Positions 1-12,600 of a stretch of DNA of 64,000 nucleotides are shown piece after piece (positions within the stretch are counted from its first letter, which is position 1; every line of letters begins with the position of its first letter). The position numbers and the translations under genes were made by a program. Where the stretch lies: the NCBI RefSeq assembly GCF_009914755.1, contig NC_060935.1; one strand, written 5' to 3'. This stretch comes from the human T2T-CHM13v2.0 reference genome, Homo sapiens. A model generated the notes under the pieces. The model was not told the origin of the DNA, did no database searches, and was given only the letters and a program-made list of their open reading frames with translations.

Positions 1-262
1 TTGAACTAACAGAGCTGAACATTCCTTTAGATGGAGCAGTTTCCAAACCCACTTTCTGTAGAATCTGCAAGTGGATATTTGGACTTCTCTGAGAATTTCG
101 TTGGAAACGAGATAAACTTCCCAGAACTACAGGGAAGCATTGTGAGAAACTTCTTTGTGATGTTTGCATTCAACTCACAGAGTTGAACCTTGCTTTCATA
201 GTTCAGCTTTCAAACACTCTTTTTGTAGAATCTGCAAGTGGATATTTGGACCACTTTGTGGC

Positions 263-279
263 CTTCCTTCGAAACGGGT
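263..279 (+). promoter_or_regulatory. Degenerate CENP-B box (box 2), probably non-binding; fixed in all HOR copies
   Basis: CTTCCTTCGAAACGGGT: the core TTCG is changed to TTCC and the CGGG half is retained. Confidence 0.8.
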
Positions 280-433
280 ATATCTTCACATCAAACCTAG
301 ACAGAAGCATTCTCAGAATGTTTCCTGTGATGACTGCATTCAACTCACAGAGGTGAACAATCCTGCTGATGGAGCAGTGTTGAAACTCTCTTTCTTTGGA
401 TTCTGCAAGTGGATATGTGGACCTCTGTGAAGA

Positions 434-450
434 TTTCGTTGGAAACGGGT
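434..450 (+). promoter_or_regulatory. CENP-B box with intact core (box 3); repeated once per HOR
   Basis: TTTCGTTGGAAACGGGT retains all nine core positions. Confidence 0.92.
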
Positions 451-604
451 TCATCTTCACAGAAAAACTAAACAGGAGCATTCTCAGAAACTGCTTTGTG
501 ATGTTTGTGTTCCACTTCAAGAACTGAACTTTCCTCTTGACAGAGCAGCTCTGAAACCCTCTTTTTCTAGAATCTGCAAGTGGACATTTGGAGGGCTTTG
601 AGGC

Positions 605-621
605 CTGTGGTGGAAAAGGAA
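605..621 (+). promoter_or_regulatory. A-type (pJalpha-like) box position in monomer 4
   Basis: CTGTGGTGGAAAAGGAA lies at the position homologous to the CENP-B box and resembles the A-type motif GGTGAAAAAGGAA. Confidence 0.7.
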
Positions 622-774
622 AATCTTCACATAAAAACTAGATGGAAGCATTCTCAGAAACTACTTTGTGATGATTGCATTCGACTCACAGAGTTGAACA
701 TTCCTATAGATAGAGCAGGTTGTAAACAATCTTTTTGTAGAATCTGCGATTGGAGATTTGGACTGCTTTGAGGC

Positions 775-791
775 CTACTGTAGTAAAGGAA
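775..791 (+). promoter_or_regulatory. Degenerate A-type box position in monomer 5
   Basis: CTACTGTAGTAAAGGAA lies at the homologous position, has no CENP-B core and keeps the A-type AAAGGAA tail. Confidence 0.6.
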
Positions 792-945
792 ATAACTTCA
801 TCTAAAAACCAAATGGAAGCATTCACAGACAATTCTTAGTGATCATTGCATTGAACTAACAGAGCTGAACATTCCTTTAGATGGCGCAGTTTCCAAACAC
901 ACTTTCTGTAGAATCTGCAAGTGGATATTTGGACCTCTCTGAGGA

Positions 946-962
946 TTTCGTTGGAAACGGGA
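946..962 (+). promoter_or_regulatory. CENP-B box, canonical (box 1, in the 167-bp monomer); repeated once per HOR
   Basis: TTTCGTTGGAAACGGGA matches the YTTCGTTGGAARCGGGA consensus, including the core NTTCGNNNNANNCGGGN. Confidence 0.95.
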
Positions 963-3900
963 TAAACTTCCCAGAACTACACGGAAGCATTGTGAGAAAC
1001 TTCTTTGTGATTTTTGCATTCAACTCACAGAGTTGAACCTTGCTTTCATAGTTCAGCTTTCAAACACTCTTTTTGTAGAATCTGCAAGTGGATATTTGGA
1101 CCACTTTGTGGCCTTCCTTCGAAACGGGTATATCTTCACATCAAACCTAGACAGAAGCATTCTCAGAATGTTTCCTGTGATGACTGCATTCAACTCACAG
1201 AGGTGAACAATCCTGCTGATGGAGCAGTTTTGAAACTCTCTTTCTTTGGATTCTGCAAGTGGATATGTGGACCTCTGTGAAGATTTCGTTGGAAACGGGT
1301 TCATCTTCACAGAAAAACTAAACAGAAGCATTCTCAGAAACTGCTTTGTGATGTTTGTGTTCCACTTCAGGAATTGAACTTTCCTCTTGACAGAGCAGCT
1401 CTGAAACCCTCTTATTCTAGAATCTGCAAGTGGACATTTGGAGGGCTTTGAGGCCTGTGGTGGAAAAGGAAAATCTTCACATAAAAACTAGATGGAAGCA
1501 TTCTCAGAAACTACTTTGTGATGATTGCATTCGACTCACAGAGTTGAACATTCCTATAGATAGAGCAGGTTGTAAACAATCTTTTTGTAGAATCTGCGAT
1601 TGGAGATTTGGACTGCTTTGAGGCCTACTGTAGTAAAGGAAATAACTTCATCTAAAAACCAAACGGAAGCATTCACAGACAATTCTTAGTGATCATTGCA
1701 TTGAACTAACAGAGCTGAACATTCCTTTAGATGGAGCAGTTTCCAAACACACTTTCTGTAGATCCTGCAAGTGGATATTTGGACCTCTCTGAGGATTTCG
1801 TTGGAAACGGGATAAACTTCCCAGAACTACACGGAAGCATTGTGAGAAACTTCTTTGTGATGTTTGCATTCAACTCACAGAGTTGAACCTTGCTTTCATA
1901 GTTCAGCTTTCAAACACTCTTTTTGTAGAATCTGCAAGTGGATATTTGGACCACTTTGTGGCCTTCCTTCGAAACGGGTATATCTTCACATCAAACCTAG
2001 ACAGAAGCATTTTCAGAATGTTTCCTGTGATGACTGCATTCAACTCACAGAGGTGAACAATCCTGCTGATGGAGCAGTTTTGAAACTCTCTTTCTTTGGA
2101 TTCTGCAAGTGGATATGTGGACCTCTGTGAAGATTTCGTTGGAAACGGGTTCATCTTCACAGAAAAACTAAACAGAAGCATTCTCAGAAACTGCTTTGTG
2201 ATGTTTGTGTTCCACTTCAGGAATTGAACTTTCCTCTTGACAGAGCAGCTCTGAAACCCTCTTATTCTAGAATCAGCAAGTGGACATTTGGAGGGCTTTG
2301 AGGCCTGTGGTGGAAAAGGAAAATCTTCACATAAAAACTAGATGGAAGCATTCTCAGAAACTACTTTGTGATAATTGCATTCGACTCACAGAGTTGAACA
2401 TTCCTATAGATAGAGCAGGTTGTAAACAATCTTTTTGTAGAATCTGCGATTGGAGATTTGGACTGCTTTGAGGCCTACTGTAGTAAAGGAAATAACTTCA
2501 TCTAAAAACCAAACGGAAGCATTCACAGACAATTCTTAGTGATCATTGCATTGAACTAACAGAGCTGAACATTCCTTTAGATGGAGCAGTTTCCAAACAC
2601 ACTTTCTGTAGAACCTGCAAGTGGATATTTGGACCTCTCTGAGGATTTCGTTGGAAACGGGATAAACTTCCCAGAACTACACGGAAGCATTGTGAGAAAC
2701 TTCTTTGTGATGTTTGCATTCAACTCACAGAGTTGAACCTTGCTTTCATAGTTCAGCTTTCAAACACTCTTTTTGTAGAATCTGCAAGTGGATATTTGGA
2801 CCACTTTGTGGCCTTCCTTCGAAACGGGTATATCTTCACATCAAACCTAGACAGAAGCATTCTCAGAATGTTTCCTGTGATGACTGCATTCAACTCACAG
2901 AGGTGAACAATCCTGCTGATGGAGCAGTTTTGAAACTCTCTTTCTTTGGATTCTGCAAGTGGATATGTGGACCTCTGTGAAGATTTCGTTGGAAACGGGT
3001 TCATCTTCACAGAAAAACTAAACAGAAGCATTCTCAGAAACTGCTTTGTGATGTTTGTGTTCCACTTCAGGAATTGAACTTTCCTCTTGACAGAGCAGCT
3101 CTGAAACCCTCTTATTCTAGAATCTGCAAGTGGACATTTGGAGGGCTTTGAGGCCTGTGGTGGAAAAGGAAAATCTTCACATAAAAACTAGATGGAAGCA
3201 TTCTCAGAAACTACTTTGTGATGATTGCATTCGACTCACAGAGTTGAACATTCCTATAGATAGAGCAGGTTGTAAACAATCTTTTTGTAGAATCTGCGAT
3301 TGGAGATTTGGACTGCTTTGAGGCCTACTGTAGTAAAGGAAATAACTTCATCTAAAAAACAAACGGAAGCATTCACAGACAATTCTTAGTGATCATTGGA
3401 TTGAACTAACAGAGCTGAACATTCCTTTAGATGGAGCAGTTTCCAAACCCACTTTCTGTAGAATCTGCAAGTGGATATTTGGACTTCTCTGAGAATTTCG
3501 TTGGAAACGAGATAAACTTCCCAGAACTACAGGGAAGCATTGTGAGAAACTTCTTTGTGATGTTTGCATTCAACTCACAGAGTTGAACCTTGCTTTCATA
3601 GTTCAGCTTTCAAACACTCTTTTTGTAGAATCTGCAAGTGGATATTTGGACCACTTTGTGGCCTTCCTTCGAAACGGGTATATCTTCACATCAAACCTAG
3701 ACAGAAGCATTCTCAGAATGTTTCCTGTGATGACTGCATTCAACTCACAGAGGTGAACAATCCTGCTGATGGAGCAGTGTTGAAACTCTCTTTCTTTGGA
3801 TTCTGCAAGTGGATATGTGGACCTCTGTGAAGATTTCGTTGGAAACGGGTTCATCTTCACAGAAAAACTAAACAGGAGCATTCTCAGAAACTGCTTTGTG

Positions 3901-6671
3901 ATGTTTGTGTTCCACTTCAAGAACTGAACTTTCCTCTTGACAGAGCAGCTCTGAAACCCTCTTTTTCTAGAATCTGCAAGTGGACATTTGGAGGGCTTTG
4001 AGGCCTGTGGTGGAAAAGGAAAATCTTCACATAAAAACTAGATGGAAGCATTCTCAGAAACTACTTTGTGATGATTGCATTCGACTCACAGAGTTGAACA
4101 TTCCTATAGATAGAGCAGGTTGTAAACAATCTTTTTGTAGAATCTGCGATTGGAGATTTGGACTGCTTTGAGGCCTACTGTAGTAAAGGAAATAACTTCA
4201 TCTAAAAACCAAATGGAAGCATTCACAGACAATTCTTAGTGATCATTGCATTGAACTAACAGAGCTGAACATTCCTTTAGATGGCGCAGTTTCCAAACAC
4301 ACTTTCTGTAGAATCTGCAAGTGGATATTTGGACCTCTCTGAGGATTTCGTTGGAAACGGGATAAACTTCCCAGAACTACACGGAAGCATTGTGAGAAAC
4401 TTCTTTGTGATTTTTGCATTCAACTCACAGAGTTGAACCTTGCTTTCATAGTTCAGCTTTCAAACACTCTTTTTGTAGAATCTGCAAGTGGATATTTGGA
4501 CCACTTTGTGGCCTTCCTTCGAAACGGGTATATCTTCACATCAAACCTAGACAGAAGCATTCTCAGAATGTTTCCTGTGATGACTGCATTCAACTCACAG
4601 AGGTGAACAATCCTGCTGATGGAGCAGTTTTGAAACTCTCTTTCTTTGGATTCTGCAAGTGGATATGTGGACCTCTGTGAAGATTTCGTTGGAAACGGGT
4701 TCATCTTCACAGAAAAACTAAACAGAAGCATTCTCAGAAACTGCTTTGTGATGTTTGTGTTCCACTTCAGGAATTGAACTTTCCTCTTGACAGAGCAGCT
4801 CTGAAACCCTCTTATTCTAGAATCTGCAAGTGGACATTTGGAGGGCTTTGAGGCCTGTGGTGGAAAAGGAAAATCTTCACATAAAAACTAGATGGAAGCA
4901 TTCTCAGAAACTACTTTGTGATGATTGCATTCGACTCACAGAGTTGAACATTCCTATAGATAGAGCAGGTTGTAAACAATCTTTTTGTAGAATCTGCGAT
5001 TGGAGATTTGGACTGCTTTGAGGCCTACTGTAGTAAAGGAAATAACTTCATCTAAAAACCAAACGGAAGCATTCACAGACAATTCTTAGTGATCATTGCA
5101 TTGAACTAACAGAGCTGAACATTCCTTTAGATGGAGCAGTTTCCAAACACACTTTCTGTAGAACCTGCAAGTGGATATTTGGACCTCTCTGAGGATTTCG
5201 TTGGAAACGGGATAAACTTCCCAGAACTACACGGAAGCATTGTGAGAAACTTCTTTGTGATGTTTGCATTCAACTCACAGAGTTGAACCTTGCTTTCATA
5301 GTTCAGCTTTCAAACACTCTTTTTGTAGAATCTGCAAGTGGATATTTGGACCACTTTGTGGCCTTCCTTCGAAACGGGTATATCTTCACATCAAACCTAG
5401 ACAGAAGCATTTTCAGAATGTTTCCTGTGATGACTGCATTCAACTCACAGAGGTGAACAATCCTGCTGATGGAGCAGTTTTGAAACTCTCTTTCTTTGGA
5501 TTCTGCAAGTGGATATGTGGACCTCTGTGAAGATTTCGTTGGAAACGGGTTCATCTTCACAGAAAAACTAAACAGAAGCATTCTCAGAAACTGCTTTGTG
5601 ATGTTTGTGTTCCACTTCAGGAATTGAACTTTCCTCTTGACAGAGCAGCTCTGAAACCCTCTTATTCTAGAATCTGCAAGTGGACATTTGGAGGGCTTTG
5701 AGGCCTGTGGTGGAAAAGGAAAATCTTCACATAAAAACTAGATGGAAGCATTCTCAGAAACTACTTTGTGATAATTGCATTCGACTCACAGAGTTGAACA
5801 TTCCTATAGATAGAGCAGGTTGTAAACAATCTTTTTGTAGAATCTGCGATTGGAGATTTGGACTGCTTTGAGGCCTACTGTAGTAAAGGAAATAACTTCA
5901 TCTAAAAACCAAACGGAAGCATTCACAGACAATTCTTAGTGATCATTGCATTGAACTAACAGAGCTGAACATTCCTTTAGATGGAGCAGTTTCCAAACAC
6001 ACTTTCTGTAGAACCTGCAAGTGGATATTTGGACCTCTCTGAGGATTTCGTTGGAAACGGGATAAACTTCCCAGAACTACACGGAAGCATTGTGAGAAAC
6101 TTCTTTGTGATGTTTGCATTCAACTCACAGAGTTGAACCTTGCTTTCATAGTTCAGCTTTCAAACACTCTTTTTGTAGAATCTGCAAGTGGATATTTGGA
6201 CCACTTTGTGGCCTTCCTTCGAAACGGGTATATCTTCACATCAAACCTAGACAGAAGCATTCTCAGAATGTTTCCTGTGATGACTGCATTCAACTCACAG
6301 AGGTGAACAATCCTGCTGATGGAGCAGTTTTGAAACTCTCTTTCTTTGGATTCTGCAAGTGGATATGTGGACCTCTGTGAAGATTTCGTTGGAAACGGGT
6401 TCATCTTCACAGAAAAACTAAACAGAAGCATTCTCAGAAACTGCTTTCTGATGTTTGTGTTCCACTTCAGGAATTGAACTTTCCTCTTGACAGAGCAGCT
6501 CTGAAACCCTCTTATTCTAGAATCTGCAAGTGGACATTTGGAGGGCTTTGAGGCCTGTGGTGGAAAAGGAAAATCTTCACATAAAAACTAGATGGAAGCA
6601 TTCTCAGAAACTACTTTGTGATGATTGCATTCGACTCACAGAGTTGAACATTCCTATAGATAGAGCAGGTT

Positions 6672-6697
6672 AGTTCTACAATTCTACAATTCTACAA
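6672..6697 (+). repeat. Unique complex insertion producing (TTCTACAA)3; net +18 bp
   Basis: The consensus GCAGGTT-GTAA-ACAATC is replaced by GCAGGTT-AGTTCTACAATTCTACAATTCT-ACAATC. Unit spacing here is 867 = 850+18-1. Confidence 0.95.
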
Positions 6698-9600
6698 TCT
6701 TTTTGTAGAATCTGCGATTGGAGATTTGGACTGCTTTGAGGCCTACTGTAGTAAAGGAAATAACTTCATCTAAAAACCAAACGGAAGCATTCACAGACAA
6801 TTCTTAGTGATCATTGCATTGAACTAACAGAGCTGAACATTCCTTTAGATGGCGCAGTTTCCAAACACACTTTCTGTAGAATCTGCAAGTGGATATTTGG
6901 ACTTCTCTGAGGATTTCGTTGGAAAACGGATAAACTTCCAGAACTACACGGAAGCATTGTGAGAAACTTCTTTGTGATGTTTGCATTCAACTCACAGAGT
7001 TGAACCTTGCTTTCATAGTTCAGCTTTCAAACACTCTTTTTGTAGAATCTGCAAGTGGATATTTGGACCACTTTGTGGCCTTCCTTCGAAACGGGTATAT
7101 CTTCACATCAAACCTAGACAGAAGCATTCTCAGAATGTTTCCTGTGATGACTGCATTCAACTCACAGAGGTGAACAATCCTGCTGATGGAGCAGTTTTGA
7201 AACTCTCTTTCTTTGGATTCTGCAAGTGGATATGTGGACCTCTGTGAAGATTTCGTTGGAAACGGGTTCATCTTCACAGAAAAACTAAACAGGAGCATTC
7301 TCAGAAACTGCTTTGTGATGATTGTTTTCCACTTCAAGAATTGAACTTTCCTCTTGACAGAGCAGCTCTGAAACCCTATTTTTCTAGAATCTGCAAGTGG
7401 ACATTTGGAGGGCTTTGAGGCCTGTGGTGGAAATGGAAAATCTTCACATAAAAACTAGATGGAAGCATTCTCAGAAACTACTTTGTGATGATTGCATTCG
7501 ACTCACAGAGTTGAACATTCCTATAGATAGAGCAGGTTGTAAACAATCTTTTTGTAGAATCTGCGATTGGAGATTTGGACTGCTTTGAGGCCTACTGTAG
7601 TAAAGGAAATAACTTCATCTAAAAACCAAACGGAAGCATTCACAGACAATTCTTAGTGATCATTGGATTGAACTAACAGAGCTGAACATTCCTTTAGATG
7701 GAGCAGTTTCCAAACCCACTTTCTGTAGAATCTGCAAGTGGATATTTGGACTTCTCTGAGGATTTCGTTGGAAACGGGATAAACTTCCCAGAACTACAGG
7801 GAAGCATTGTGAGAAACTTCTTTGTGATGTTTGCATTCAACTCACAGAGTTGAACCTTGCTTTCATAGTTCAGCTTTCAAACACTCTTTTTGGAGAATCT
7901 GCAAGTGGATATTTGGACCACTTTGTGGCCTTCCTTCGAAACGGGTATATCTTCACATCAAACCTAGACAGAAGCATTCTCAGAATGTTTCCTGTGATGA
8001 CTGCATTCAACTCACAGAGGTGAACAATCCTGTTGATGGAGCAGTTTTGAAACTCTCTTTCTTTGGATTCTGCAAGTGGATATGTGGACCTCTGTGAAGA
8101 TTTCGTTGGAAACGGGTTCATCTTCACAGAAAAACTAAACAGAAGCATTCTCAGAAACTGCTTTGTGATGTTTGTGTTCCACTTCAGGAATTGAACTTTC
8201 CTCTTGACAGAGCAGCTCTGAAACCCTCTTATTCTAGAATCTGCAAGTGGACATTTGGAGGGCTTTGAGGCCTGTGGTGGAAAAGGAAAATCTTCACATA
8301 AAAACTAGATGGAAGCATTCTCAGAAACTACTTTGTGATGATTGCATTCGACTCACAGAGTTGAACATTCCTATAGATAGAGCAGGTTGTAAACAATCTT
8401 TTTGTAGAATCTGCGATTGGAGATTTGGACTGCTTTGAGGCCTACTGTAGTAAAGGAAATAACTTCATCTAAAAACCAAACGGAAGCATTCACAGACAAT
8501 TCTTAGTGATCATTGCATTGAACTAACAGAGCTGAACATTCCTTTAGATGGAGCAGTTTCCAAACACACTTTCTGTAGAACCTGCAAGTGGATATTTGGA
8601 CCTCTCTGAGGATTTCGTTGGAAACGGGATAAACTTCCCAGAACTACAGGGAAGCATTGTGAGAAACTTCTTTGTGATGTTTGCATTCAACTCACAGAGT
8701 TGAACCTTGCTTTCATAGTTCAGCTTTCAAACACTCTTTTTGTAGAATCTGCAAGTGGATATTTGGACCACTTTGTGGCCTTCCTTCGAAACGGGTATAT
8801 CTTCACATCAAACCTAGACAGAAGCATTCTCAGAATGTTTCCTGTGATGACTGCATTCAACTCACAGAGGTGAACAATCCTGCTGATGGAGCAGTTTTGA
8901 AACTCTCTTTCTTTGGATTCTGCAAGTGGATATGTGGACCTCTGTGAAGATTTCGTTGGAAACGGGTTCATCTTCACAGAAAAACTAAACAGAAGCATTC
9001 TCAGAAACTGCTTTGTGATGTTTGTGTTCCACTTCAGGAATTGAACTTTCCTCTTGACAGAGCAGCTGTGAAACCCTCTTATTCTAGAATCTGCAAGTGG
9101 ACATTTGGAGGGCTTTGAGGCCTGTGGTGGAAAAGGAAAATCTTCACATAAAAACTAGATGGAAGCATTCTCAGAAACTACTTTGTGATGATTGCATTCG
9201 ACTCACAGAGTTGAACATTCCTATAGATAGAGCAGGTTGTAAACAATCTTTTTGTAGAATCTGCGATTGGAGATTTGGACTGCTTTGAGGCCTACTGTAG
9301 TAAAGGAAATAACTTCATCTAAAAACCAAACGGAAGCATTCACAGACAATTCTTAGTGATCATTGCATTGAACTAACAGAGCTGAACATTCCTTTAGATG
9401 GAGCAGTTTCCAAACACACTTTCTGTAGAACCTGCAAGTGGTTATTTGGACCTCTCTGAGGATTTCGTTGGAAACGGGATAAACTTCCCAGAACTACACG
9501 GAAGCATTGTGAGAAACTTCTTTGTGATGTTTGCATTCAACTCACAGAGTTGAACCTTGCTTTCATAGTTCAGCTTTCAAACACTCTTTTTGTAGAATCT

Positions 9601-12600
9601 GCAAGTGGATATTTGGACCACTTTGTGGCCTTCCTTCGAAACGGGTATATCTTCACATCAAACCTAGACAGAAGCATTCTCAGAATGTTTCCTGTGATGA
9701 CTGCATTCAACTCACAGAGGTGAACAATCCTGCTGATGGAGCAGTTTTGAAACTCTCTTTCTTTGGATTCTGCAAGTGGATATGTGGACCTCTGTGAAGA
9801 TTTCGTTGGAAACGGGTTCATCTTCACAGAAAAACTAAACAGAAGCATTCTCAGAAACTGCTTTGTGATGTTTGTGTTCCACTTCAGGAATTGAACTTTC
9901 CTCTTGACAGAGCAGCTCTGAAACCCTCTTATTCTAGAATCTGCAAGTGGACATTTGGAGGGCTTTGAGGCCTGTGGTGGAAAAGGAAAATCTTCACATA
10001 AAAACTAGATGGAAGCATTCTCAGAAACTACTTTGTGATAATTGCATTCGACTCACAGAGTTGAACATTCCTATAGATAGAGCAGGTTGTAAACAATCTT
10101 TTTGTAGAATCTGCGATTGGAGATTCGGACTGCTTTGAGGCCTACTGTAGTAAAGGAAATAACTTCATCTAAAAACCAAACGGAAGCATTCACAGACAAT
10201 TCTTAGTGATCATTGCATTGAACTAACAGAGCTGAACATTCCTTTAGATGGAGCAGTTTCCAAACACACTTTCTGTAGAACCTTCAAGTGGATATTTGGA
10301 CCTCTCTGAGGATTTCGTTGGAAACGGGATAAACTTCCCAGAACTACACGGAAGCATGCTGAGAAACTTCTTTGTGATGTTTGCATTCAACTCACAGAGT
10401 TGAACCTTGCTTTCATAGTTCAGCTTTCAAACACTCTTTTTGTAGAATCTGCAAGTGGATATTTGGACCACTTTGTGGCCTTCCTTCGAAACGGGTATAT
10501 CTTCACATCAAACCTAGACAGAAGCATTCTCAGAATGTTTCCTGTGATGACTGCATTCAACTCACAGAGGTGAACAATCCTGCTGATGGAGCAGTTTTGA
10601 AACTCTCTTTCTTTGGATTCTGCAAGTGGATATGTGGACCTCTGTGAAGATTTCGTTGGAAACGGGTTCATCTTCACAGAAAAACTAAACAGAAGCATTC
10701 TCAGAAACTGCTTTGTGATGTTTGTGTTCCACTTCAGGAATTGAACTTTCCTCTTGACAGAGCAGCTCTGAAACCCTCTTATTCTAGAATCTGCAAGTGG
10801 ACATTTGGAGGGCTTTGAGGCCTGTGGTGGAAAAGGAAAATCTTCACATAAAAACTAGATGGAAGCATTCTCAGAAACTACTTTGTGATGATTGCATTCG
10901 ACTCACAGAGTTGAACATTCCTATAGATAGAGCAGGTTGTAAACAATCTTTTTGTAGAATCTGCGATTGGAGATTTGGACTGCTTTGAGGCCTACTGTAG
11001 TAAAGGAAATAACTTCATCTAAAAACCAAACGGAAGCATTCACAGACAATTCTTAGTGATCATTGCATTGAACTAACAGAGCTGAACATTCCTTTAGATG
11101 GAGCAGTTTCCAAACACACTTTCTGTAGAACCTGCAAGTGGATATTTGGACCTCTCTGAGGATTTCGTTGGAAACGGGATAAACTTCCCAGAACTACACG
11201 GAAGCATTGTGAGAAACTTCTTTGTGATGTTTGCATTCAACTCACAGAGTTGAACCTTGCTTTCATAGTTCAGCTTTCAAACACTCTTTTTGTAGAATCT
11301 GCAAGTGGATATTTGGACCACTTTGTGGCCTTCCTTCGAAACGGGTATATCTTCACATCAAACCTAGACAGAAGCATTCTCAGAATGTTTCCTGTGATGA
11401 CTGCATTCAACTCACAGAGGTGAACAATCCTGCTGATGGAGCAGTTTTGAAACTCTCTTTCTTTGGATTCTGCAAGTGGATATGTGGACCTCTGTGAAGA
11501 TTTCGTTGGAAACGGGTTCATCTTCACAGAAAAACTAAACAGAAGCATTCTCAGAAACTGCTTTGTGATGTTTGTGTTCCACTTCAGGAATTGAACTTTC
11601 CTCTTGACAGAGCAGCTCTGAAACCCTCTTATTCTAGAATCTGCAAGTGGACATTTGGAGGGCTTTGAGGCCTGTGGTGGAAAAGGAAAATCTTCACATA
11701 AAAACTAGATGGAAGCATTCTCAGAAACTACTTTGTGATAATTGCATTCGACTCACAGAGTTGAACATTCCTATAGATAGAGCAGGTTGTAAACAATCTT
11801 TTTGTAGAATCTGCGATTGGAGATTCGGACTGCTTTGAGGCCTACTGTAGTAAAGGAAATAACTTCATCTAAAAACCAAACGGAAGCATTCACAGACAAT
11901 TCTTAGTGATCATTGCATTGAACTAACAGAGCTGAACATTCCTTTAGATGGAGCAGTTTCCAAACACACTTTCTGTAGAACCTGCAAGTGGATATTTGGA
12001 CCTCTCTGAGGATTTCGTTGGAAACGGGATAAACTTCCCAGAGCTACACGGAAGCATTGTGAGAAACTTCTTTGTGATGTTTGCATTCAACTCACAGAGT
12101 TGAACCTTGCTTTCATAGTTCAGCTTTCAAACACTCTTTTTGTAGAATCTGCAAGTGGATATTTGGACCACTTTGTGGCCTTCCTTCGAAACGGGTATAT
12201 CTTCACATCAAACCTAGACAGAAGCATTCTCAGAATGTTTCCTGTGATGACTGCATTCAACTCACAGAGGTGAACAATCCTGCTGATGGAGCAGTTTTGA
12301 AACTCTCTTTCTTTGGATTCTGCAAGTGGATATGTGGACCTCTGTGAAGATTTCGTTGGAAACGGGTTCATCTTCACAGAAAAACTAAACAGAAGCATTC
12401 TCAGAAACTGCTTTGTGATGTTTGTGTTCCACTTCAAGAATTGAACTTTCCTCTTGACAGAGCAGCTCTGAAAACCTCTTTTTCTAGAATCTGCAAGTGG
12501 ACATTTGGAGGGCTTTGAGGCCTGTGGTGGAAAAGGAAAATCTTCACATAAAAACTAGATGGAAGCATTCTCAGAAACTACTTTGTGATGATTGCATTCG

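Larger units (their letters stand above)
566..1415 (+). repeat. Representative single HOR unit (XbaI to XbaI), five monomers
   Basis: TCTAGA at 566-571 and again at 1416-1421, 850 bp apart. Homologous box positions at 96, 263, 434, 605, 775 and 946 give monomer lengths of 167, 171, 171, 170 and 171 bp. Confidence 0.95.
1..6400 (+). repeat. Tandem block duplication with 3400-bp (4-HOR) offset
   Basis: Shared rare variants at +3400: GAGAATTTCG..AAACGAGA (91/3491), GCAGTGTTG (~378/3778), AAATGGAAGC (811/4211), TTTTTGCATT (1011/4411), TTTCAGAATG (2011/5411) and ATAATTGCAT (2371/5771). Confidence 0.88.

Noticed and set aside
54-572. Short dyads such as TTCTGTAGAA, TTCTAGAA, TTCTCAGAA and GAGCAGCTC as terminators or structured RNA
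   Set aside because: The stems are only ~4 bp and are ordinary features of alphoid monomers. Sequence alone does not support a terminator or ncRNA call.
6672-6697. Insertion interpreted as a transposon remnant, target-site duplication or telomere-like repeat
   Set aside because: It has no poly-A, terminal repeats or flanking target-site duplication and is not TTAGGG-like. The sequence is accounted for by the adjacent reverse-complement template.
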